Origin: an uncultured bacterium
Lineage (GTDB): Bacteria > Omnitrophota > Omnitrophia > Omnitrophales > Aquincolibacteriaceae
Assembly (NCBI GenBank): GCA_964410905.1
Contig: CAYPIR010000002.1
Location: forward strand, 14,665 to 78,664
Reading direction: 5' to 3'
Length of the DNA: 64,000 nt
Of the stretch, positions 57,534 through 64,000 are shown piece by piece (positions within the stretch are counted from its first letter, which is position 1; each line of letters starts with the position of its first letter). A program made the position numbers and the translations under genes. The notes under the pieces are model-generated. The model made no database searches, was not told the origin of the DNA, and was given only the letters and a program-made list of their open reading frames with translations.

Positions 57534-58754
57534 TTGATTGATTCTAACAACGTTTTTTCGCCATTAGTATTTGTAGGGGTTTATTTTTTGGGACTGGGGC
57601 TTAATTTTACTCCGTGTGTTTACCCGATGCTTTCAATTACGGTTTCGCTTTTTCGCAAGTCAGACGGGCATACTGCGGCGCATAGTTTTTTGCGAGCGTT
57701 TTTTTACGTTTTGGGAATGGCCGCGATGTATAGCGCACTTGGTTTCGCGGCGGCTTTTTCGGGGAATATTTTGGGATCATGCCTCAGGAACTTTTGGCTT
57801 CAACTTTTTTACGGTGTTTTGATAGTGGCGATGGCGGCAAGTCTTTTGGGATTTTATACATTCCGATTACCGTCTTGGTTTTTGCCTCAATCAATCGTTA
57901 ATTCTAAAAAAACTTCTTACGCGATGTTTTTTTTGTCGGGACTTTTTGTCGGAGTAATTGCGGCACCCTGCATTGGTCCAGCTGTGGTTTCGCTTTTAGG
58001 AATGGCGGGTTCTTTGAAAAATCCCGTGCTTGGATTCGCTATGTTTTTTACGCTAGCGTTAGGACTGGGGACACCTTATCTTTTACTCGGAGCGTTCTCG
58101 CAGCTCCTAGTCAAACTGCCCAAATCCGGTTCTTGGCTGGTTTGGTTCGAGCGTTTGATGGGCGTTATCCTATTAGGATTTGGACTTTTCTATATCGCGT
58201 TAGCATTTCAAATTCCATTTTTGCATAAAGTTTTTCCAGTAGGACTTGTCGCCAGCGGAATTTATTTGGGCTGGATTGTTAGTGACGGAAAAAAAGACAC
58301 GGTGAGAAAAATATTTGGAACAAGCGTTGCCTTAATAGGTTTTGTGCTGTTTTTTGAGACGCAAAGTGACGTTGATACGTGGAAGAAATACAATGCCGGA
58401 GTTTTGGAAAAGGCGATAGCGGCAGAAAAGTTTGCCGTGTTGGATTTTTACGCGGACTGGTGCGTCGAGTGCCGTATTCTTGAAAAAGAAGTATTGGCGT
58501 CCGCGAGAGTTCAAAACGCGCTTAAATGTTTTGAGAAAATTCGCGTTGATGCGACAGGTGTTGAAAATTCTGAAATTGATAACCTTCTTAAAAGGTTTAA
58601 TATCCGCGGGCTTCCTACGGTGGTTTTTTTATCTTCAAACGGAAGTGAAATTAAAGACGCAAGAATTGTCGGCGGCGTTTCCGAAGAAGAGATGCTTAAG
58701 CGACTAGAAAACAAGCATTTTCCAGTTTGTCTGAACGAGGGGAACGATAATTGA
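57534..58754 (+). CDS. DsbD/CcdA-like thiol:disulfide transporter with C-terminal thioredoxin domain
   Basis: Multi-TM core with paired Cys (CVYP..., APCIGPA), and a C-terminal thioredoxin fold with WCVEC. TTG start after RBS AAAGAGAC. Confidence 0.75.
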   Translation: MIDSNNVFSPLVFVGVYFLGLGLNFTPCVYPMLSITVSLFRKSDGHTAAHSFLRAFFYVLGMAAMYSALGFAAAFSGNILGSCLRNFWLQLFYGVLIVAMAASLLGFYTFRLPSWFLPQSIVNSKKTSYAMFFLSGLFVGVIAAPCIGPAVVSLLGMAGSLKNPVLGFAMFFTLALGLGTPYLLLGAFSQLLVKLPKSGSWLVWFERLMGVILLGFGLFYIALAFQIPFLHKVFPVGLVASGIYLGWIVSDGKKDTVRKIFGTSVALIGFVLFFETQSDVDTWKKYNAGVLEKAIAAEKFAVLDFYADWCVECRILEKEVLASARVQNALKCFEKIRVDATGVENSEIDNLLKRFNIRGLPTVVFLSSNGSEIKDARIVGGVSEEEMLKRLENKHFPVCLNEGNDN

Positions 58755-58833
58755 TAAGATTTATTCTTTACAAAGTTGATGACGGCTTCTATTCTTTTGA
58801 CAGCAAAATCAAAACGTCTCGCTAAAAGGATTT

Positions 58834-59913
58834 ATGAAAATTATTCAACGGTATGTTTTAAAAGAACTCATTATGCCGTGCTTGCTTTGCTTCGCGGTGT
58901 TATGTTTTATTTTCATGGCGGGATATTTGGTGAAAGCCGCTGACATGATTATCGGACGCGGTATTCCGTTTAGTCAGACTTTTTACATTTTACTTCTCGT
59001 CATTCCTTCTGTCGTTAGCTATACCGCTCCGATGAGTTTGCTCACCGGCGTTTTAATTGTTTTCGGAACGCTTACTCAACATAATGAATTTCGCGCGATG
59101 AAGGCGTCGGGAGTTCATCCGCTTCGTTTTATGATGCCGCCGCTTCTGCTTGGTTTCGCGCTCAGCGTTCTTATGTTTATTTTTAATGATCAGATTGCGC
59201 CGCCGGCAAGATTTGAGCTTCGCCAAGCAACGAAAAAGCTGATTATGCAGCATCCAATGGCCCTTATTGAACCGGGCAGATTCGTCAAAATTAGTTCTAA
59301 TATTTTATTTCTTGCCAAGAAAATCGAAGGCGATGAGATGAAAGATATTGTCGCGCATGAAGGCGTGAACTCTGAAAATCCTGTTCGGACAATAGTCGCG
59401 GAGAGTGGGAAAATCGTAACGGACCCTGATTCTGGGAAACTAGAAGTTCAGCTTCATAACGGCAGTGTATCCGAGTCTAAAGAAGGAGAAATTCAATCCG
59501 TTCAATTTAAGACTTATAGGTTTCCGACTATGGACGAGAACGATGTCAGAAAAATGAATAAAAAGAAAAAAGACATGACGCTTGCTGAAATTATAGTTGA
59601 TATCACCGAACAACAAGAAGTAAAAGAGCGACGGGAACTTTGGGCTGTATTTCATCAGCGCATCGCGTTCGCGTTTGGGGCGCTTGTGTTTGTATTTGTG
59701 GGAATTCCTATCGCCACGATTGTAAAGCGCGGTGAAGTTGTGATCAGTTTTGGAATATCAATGGCAGCTACAAGTCTTTACTATGTTTTATTCGCGTTGG
59801 CGCAGACTTTGGCGATACGAGGTGTTTTGCCTTCGCTTGTTTGTCTTTGGCTTCCTAACATTATTCTTGTTTCAATAGGTGCTGTTTTTCTCCGCAAGGC
59901 AATACTTTCTTGA
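58834..59913 (+). CDS. LptF/LptG-family LPS export permease
   Basis: MKIIQRYVLKELIMP is the typical LptF/G N-terminus. Six TM helices with a periplasmic beta-jellyroll between TM3 and TM4. 359 aa. Confidence 0.75.
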   Translation: MKIIQRYVLKELIMPCLLCFAVLCFIFMAGYLVKAADMIIGRGIPFSQTFYILLLVIPSVVSYTAPMSLLTGVLIVFGTLTQHNEFRAMKASGVHPLRFMMPPLLLGFALSVLMFIFNDQIAPPARFELRQATKKLIMQHPMALIEPGRFVKISSNILFLAKKIEGDEMKDIVAHEGVNSENPVRTIVAESGKIVTDPDSGKLEVQLHNGSVSESKEGEIQSVQFKTYRFPTMDENDVRKMNKKKKDMTLAEIIVDITEQQEVKERRELWAVFHQRIAFAFGALVFVFVGIPIATIVKRGEVVISFGISMAATSLYYVLFALAQTLAIRGVLPSLVCLWLPNIILVSIGAVFLRKAILS

Positions 59914-60006
59914 CACTAAATTAGGGGTGTTTTTGTTTGTGTTTTCGTCTGTGATTGTTATAATGCGCAAAATTTATTTTTCTAACCTGGGAACCTTAAA
60001 ACGCCT

Positions 60007-62991
60007 ATGAAATCCTCAAAAATTTTCTTTCTTATCGCTTTTTTTCTTACCTCTCAGACGTCGGTTTTTGCCGAATGGATTTGGTCGCCGGAACAAGGTA
60101 AGTTTATAAACGCTTCTCAAGATCTCAAAGGCGACGCGGATGAATTATTCGATAAAGCGCTTGAGCTTTATACGCAAAAAGATATTAAGAAGTCGACAGA
60201 AATGTTTGAGTTTATTCTTAAAAAGTTTCCCAAATCCAACGTCGCTCCCGAAAGTCAGTATAGAGTTGGAACTTTGTCTGAAGAAGCGGGGGATTTTCTA
60301 AAGGCGCACAAATCATATCAATCGCTTATCAAAAACTACCCGCAAAGCAACCGTTTTGAGGAAGTCGTGGAACGGGAATATAAAATTGGATTAATGTTCT
60401 TGTCGGGAACAAAAGGGAAACTTTTAGGGTTCAATATAAGACCTTCTTTTCCTCTAGCGGTAGAAGTTTTCCAAAAAATAGTTGAAATGGCGCCATATAG
60501 CGAATTCGGCGACAAAGCGCAGTTTCAGCTTGGACTTGCTTATCAAAACGCCGGTCAATTTGATCAGGCCATAGACGCCTACCAAACTCTTATTGAGAGG
60601 TATCCGCAGAGCACACTTCTGAAACAAACAAGGCTACAGATTGCCGAAACAGCTTACTCAAAAACCTCTGTTCAAGGCCGCGATCAAAGCGCTTTGGAAG
60701 AGGCATATCTTGAAGCGGAAAATTATCTAAAAAAATATCCCGACAGCGAAGAAGCCGCGAAAGCGAAAAAAATAAGCGAAGCGGTTGATGAACTTAACGC
60801 GGAAAAGACTTATCGTGTCGGACTTTATTATGAAAAAGAAAATTATCTTGAGAGCGCGCTTATTTATTATCGAGATGTCGCCAAAAGTTATCCCAACACG
60901 ACTTGGGCTGCAAAGGCTTCGGAGAGAACGCGGACGTTTCAGGATCCTGTCGGATTTCAATCTGAACAAAACGCCGCTCTTCAGCAAAAACTGAGCGAAT
61001 TAAAATCGAAATTGGCGGCGCTTAATCCAGAACAAAAAAACGAACGCGAGATTTTGCAATCACAAATTAATCAAACCACAAAAAAAATCAAGTCTTTAGG
61101 TAAAGAAAAAAACGAAAGTTTAAAACGCCGTAAAGCCGATTTGTCGAGAAGAGAAAAAGAATTGAAAGCGAAATTTTTGGAGCTTGATAAAAGGAAAGAA
61201 CGTTTTAAGGATAATCAGTCAGCAGATTTTTTGAAAGCGATAGATAGATGGCAGGCGTCTCTTGAAGCTGAGCGTGATGAGTTGGCTAAAGAGAGAGAGC
61301 TGCTAGAAAAGGGCGATGATGTTTCAACCGCAGAAAAACAAGAGCCAAAATTTTATGAAAAGCTATTTAGTTTCGGCGGCGATGACGCCGTAACGGCGGA
61401 CTCAATTAACCGTATTGATGAGAAAGAACTTTACAAAATTTCTAAGAAAAAGAAAGAATTGCTTGAGAGAAAGGAACAGGAGTATAAACACTACAGCGAT
61501 TTACAAACATCGCTTGTTCCCGAACATTCTAAAAGCGGATTGCAGCGCAAGTATTTAAGAGAAGAAACTAAGAAAACAGCGGAAGAAACAAAAAACCCTA
61601 AGCTCTTAGCTCGCGCAAAAGAAATAGAAAGTTTAGATACTAAATATAACGAAAAATTAGCGCTTTACGAAAAAAACTATGGAACTTTGGCGAAGCAAGA
61701 ACTTATAGCGTTTGTGGAATCTAAGTCTTCAGCCGGCGGCAGTTTTGCGTCATCTTTTGCTTCGGGAGAAGAAGCCCTTCAAGGAAAAACTCTTCAGGAA
61801 CTACTGGAGCTTAAAATGCATTTGAAGGAGCAAATTAAATCCGGGGAAGAAGTCATTACGACGCTTTCCACGTCTTTCGATAAAGAGCTGAACCGCAAGG
61901 AGCAAAAGGAATTTCAAAAACAACTCAATGACCAAAAGTTGGGCGATTTGAAAACACTTCGCAAACAAACAAAAGCGATAGAAAAAGACTTGCGTAAACG
62001 CTATGAAGATATTCAGGATAGAAACGATCATAAACAAGAACTTTTGAAACAGTTGAAGGAAGCCTTGAATCCGTCAGAGGAAAAAACATTTTTATCAAAA
62101 GTGGCAAAACCTTTCAAAGGAGCGGCGTTTCTTGCGAAATCTTTTGTTGTGGGGTTGCCTTACGAAGACGAAACTTTGATTCGGGATGCTGCCAACAGAA
62201 CTCCTGATCAAGTATTGATTAGTAAATATCAAGAGGAAATAGAAGCGGAGAGTTTGATTATACAGGCGCAAGCGCAAGAGATACAAAAACTTGAAAAAGA
62301 GCTTGAAATATTGAACGCCAAATCGTCTCTTAGCGAAGGCGTGAAATTTAGAAGTTCATTTGTTAAAGTCCCATACGATTTTATTGAAGAAGCCGTTGAT
62401 GATGCCAAAAGAATTATTCCGGGCAAAAAGCGTCAAGATATATTGCTTAGTCAATTGGATAAACAGACTAACAATGTTGCGGGGCTAAAAGCGAAATTAA
62501 ACGCGACCGAAGCTGTGATTTTGGAAAAAACGCCTAAAAAGCAAGTAGACGAAAGCACTGTAGAGTCTTCCGGACAAATCGTATCGGAAGATGCTAAGGA
62601 ACAAGAAAAACGTCTGCGAGACGAAATTGTGACCTTGGGCGAGCAACTGGAAGTTTCGTATAGTTTGTGGACCCAGGAAAGACTTTTAGAATTAGGTGAT
62701 AACGCGGAAGAAGATTTGTCTGTCGCGCGACAAAAATCTAAAGAATACAGAGCATTGAAAAAAGCAGGGAAGCGTTTGGCGGAATTAATTGATGACGAAT
62801 TAGACCTTGATGATGAGGAAATAAAAATTTTTGAAAAAAGGAATAATGAAGCAAATTCTCTTTTAAAAAAAACGGCGTCAAAAGCGACAGAGCAAGATAT
62901 CCGCGACGCGCAATCGCGCATTCAAAATAGACTTTCTGAATTGCGAGCTCGCAAAAACTTTTTGTTGAACGAAAAAGAACGCTTTAAATAA
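60007..62991 (+). CDS. BamD-like TPR lipoprotein fused to about 650-aa K/E-rich coiled-coil region
   Basis: Signal peptide. The N-terminal 300 aa are TPR repeats matching the BamD/YfiO pattern (ELYTQKDIKKSTEMFEFILKKFPKS, YRVGLYYEKENYLESALIYYRDVAKSYPNT). The remaining about 650 aa are low-complexity, heptad-like E/K-rich sequence. Confidence 0.7.
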   Translation: MKSSKIFFLIAFFLTSQTSVFAEWIWSPEQGKFINASQDLKGDADELFDKALELYTQKDIKKSTEMFEFILKKFPKSNVAPESQYRVGTLSEEAGDFLKAHKSYQSLIKNYPQSNRFEEVVEREYKIGLMFLSGTKGKLLGFNIRPSFPLAVEVFQKIVEMAPYSEFGDKAQFQLGLAYQNAGQFDQAIDAYQTLIERYPQSTLLKQTRLQIAETAYSKTSVQGRDQSALEEAYLEAENYLKKYPDSEEAAKAKKISEAVDELNAEKTYRVGLYYEKENYLESALIYYRDVAKSYPNTTWAAKASERTRTFQDPVGFQSEQNAALQQKLSELKSKLAALNPEQKNEREILQSQINQTTKKIKSLGKEKNESLKRRKADLSRREKELKAKFLELDKRKERFKDNQSADFLKAIDRWQASLEAERDELAKERELLEKGDDVSTAEKQEPKFYEKLFSFGGDDAVTADSINRIDEKELYKISKKKKELLERKEQEYKHYSDLQTSLVPEHSKSGLQRKYLREETKKTAEETKNPKLLARAKEIESLDTKYNEKLALYEKNYGTLAKQELIAFVESKSSAGGSFASSFASGEEALQGKTLQELLELKMHLKEQIKSGEEVITTLSTSFDKELNRKEQKEFQKQLNDQKLGDLKTLRKQTKAIEKDLRKRYEDIQDRNDHKQELLKQLKEALNPSEEKTFLSKVAKPFKGAAFLAKSFVVGLPYEDETLIRDAANRTPDQVLISKYQEEIEAESLIIQAQAQEIQKLEKELEILNAKSSLSEGVKFRSSFVKVPYDFIEEAVDDAKRIIPGKKRQDILLSQLDKQTNNVAGLKAKLNATEAVILEKTPKKQVDESTVESSGQIVSEDAKEQEKRLRDEIVTLGEQLEVSYSLWTQERLLELGDNAEEDLSVARQKSKEYRALKKAGKRLAELIDDELDLDDEEIKIFEKRNNEANSLLKKTASKATEQDIRDAQSRIQNRLSELRARKNFLLNEKERFK

Positions 62992-63006
62992 AGAACAAGG
63001 AATATT

Positions 63007-63534
63007 ATGACTAAACTTTCTAAGATGAGTCTGGTGATGGGGCTTTCCGCTATGTTTCTAGTATCAGGCTGCGGTTATACAACGCAAACTGTATTGCCTA
63101 GAAATATCAAAAAAATCTATGTTGAAACTGTGAAAAACAAACTCAATATTGAAGATGTTTACGCCTATCAGCCTGGCCTTGAAATGGATATTACTAACGC
63201 CGTTATCCGCAGATTTCACCAAGATGGGACTTTGCGCGTAACGGAACAATCAGAAGCTGACGCTATTTTGAAAACAGACCTTTTGCGTTATGAACAAGAG
63301 GGTTTGCGGTTTACGAATTTGGAAAATGTTAAAGAATACCGCTTGTTTGTCGAGGTTTCGCTTAAACTCGTTGACGCGAAAACAGGGGATGTCCTGTGGC
63401 AGGAGTCTAATTTTACTGGTGATAACGATTACTACGTAACGAATGTTTTATCACTTGGCGAACAAAAGGCTTCGGAAGACGTGGTGGAACGATTAGCGGT
63501 TAATATTGTCGACCGCGTTGTCGAAGATTGGTAA
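63007..63534 (+). CDS. LptE-like LPS-assembly lipoprotein
   Basis: Lipobox LVSGCGY. About 175 aa. Positioned immediately upstream of holA, as leuS-lptE-holA is in many Proteobacteria. Confidence 0.5.
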   Translation: MTKLSKMSLVMGLSAMFLVSGCGYTTQTVLPRNIKKIYVETVKNKLNIEDVYAYQPGLEMDITNAVIRRFHQDGTLRVTEQSEADAILKTDLLRYEQEGLRFTNLENVKEYRLFVEVSLKLVDAKTGDVLWQESNFTGDNDYYVTNVLSLGEQKASEDVVERLAVNIVDRVVEDW

Positions 63535-63540
63535 TTACGC

Positions 63541-64000
63541 TTGGCTAATGTTCGAGACTCGCAGATTTTTTTGTTAATAGGCGATGAGTTTCTTTGCTCG
63601 CAAAAAATAGAAGAAATTGTCGCGGATTTTCAAAAGAAACTATCCTCTGAAGTTTTTCCTCAAAGTTTTGATTTGTCAGAAACCGCATTAGAAGACGTTC
63701 TCGTTTTAGCGAGAACCGCCACTTTCCTGTCGAACGGGCAAATTTTTTTACTTAAAAATTCTTCAAATTTAAAATCGCAAAACTTAGAGCTCCTTGAAAA
63801 CTATTTGAAATCGCCTAGCGATAAAACGCTTTTGATTTTCGAGGCTGATTCCGTGGAAGCTGTTAAAAGCCTTGAAAAACTTGTTAAGTCGGCAGGTGAA
63901 GTAATTACTTTTGATAAAAAAGATGTCCAATCTATAGCCAGTGCTTTTATTCAACGAAAACTGAAAAAAATTGGGAAAACGATGTCTCCCAATGCTAGAG
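63541..64000 (+). CDS. holA: DNA polymerase III delta subunit, 5' part (continues beyond window)
   Basis: LLIGDEFLCSQKIEEIV...GQIFLLKNSSNLKSQNLELLENYLKSPSDKTLLIFEADS matches the HolA N-terminal domain. Apparent TTG start. Confidence 0.6.
   Translation, partial: MANVRDSQIFLLIGDEFLCSQKIEEIVADFQKKLSSEVFPQSFDLSETALEDVLVLARTATFLSNGQIFLLKNSSNLKSQNLELLENYLKSPSDKTLLIFEADSVEAVKSLEKLVKSAGEVITFDKKDVQSIASAFIQRKLKKIGKTMSPNAR

Noticed and set aside
1-64000. CRISPR arrays, rRNA genes, integrases/transposases, toxin-antitoxin pairs and restriction-modification genes.
   Set aside because: I looked for regularly spaced direct repeats, rRNA-like conserved stretches and recombinase, nuclease or methylase motifs and found none. 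The only mobile-element hint is the tRNA-adjacent position of the DUF11 gene and the weak inverted repeats in the 26.5-27.0 kb gap.

Overview
This 64 kb window looks like a bacterial chromosome segment at roughly 40-45% GC, densely coding, from a diderm (Gram-negative-type) organism. I could not assign it to a named lineage, and nothing here can be tied to a database hit.

Gene content in order:
- A divergent pair at the start: four prepilin-type (pseudopilin/minor pilin) genes on the minus strand, facing a TolC-adaptor-RND-RND efflux operon on the plus strand.
- A two-component-linked lipid module: a receiver domain fused to a PlsC-type lysophospholipid acyltransferase, then a HAD-IB hydrolase, a multi-pass sensor histidine kinase and a single-domain receiver.
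- rmlC, a DUF167 protein, and a 1003-aa secreted protein combining a GDP-hexose-phosphorylase-like HIT domain with an HD domain.
- A cysteine-rich DUF11 lipoprotein, a PLD-N micro-protein, and tRNA-Tyr and tRNA-Thr on the minus strand.
- cutA, an XRE-cupin regulator, a ComEA-like protein, and psd-pssA phospholipid genes.
- A glycogen cluster: a DUF4912-like protein, a GH57 branching enzyme, a winged-helix paralog, a GH13 enzyme and glgP.
- An AT-rich islet holding an APH-like phosphotransferase and a small 4-Cys ORF translationally coupled to a radical SAM enzyme.
- An SH3-NlpC/P60 peptidase, then an Rrf2 regulator followed by sufBCDSU.
- hldD, folB, RNA-modification genes (uracil methyltransferase, trmB, pseudouridine synthase), metXW, queF and tpx.
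- An outer-membrane biogenesis block: a DsbD-like protein, LptF/G, a BamD-like TPR protein fused to about 650 aa of coiled coil, LptE and the start of holA.

There is no CRISPR array, rRNA or recognisable transposase. The three candidates most worth following up are the REC-acyltransferase signalling cluster, the secreted HIT+HD giant, and the small Cys peptide plus radical SAM pair. All functional calls rest on motifs I recognised by eye and need HMM or BLAST confirmation.
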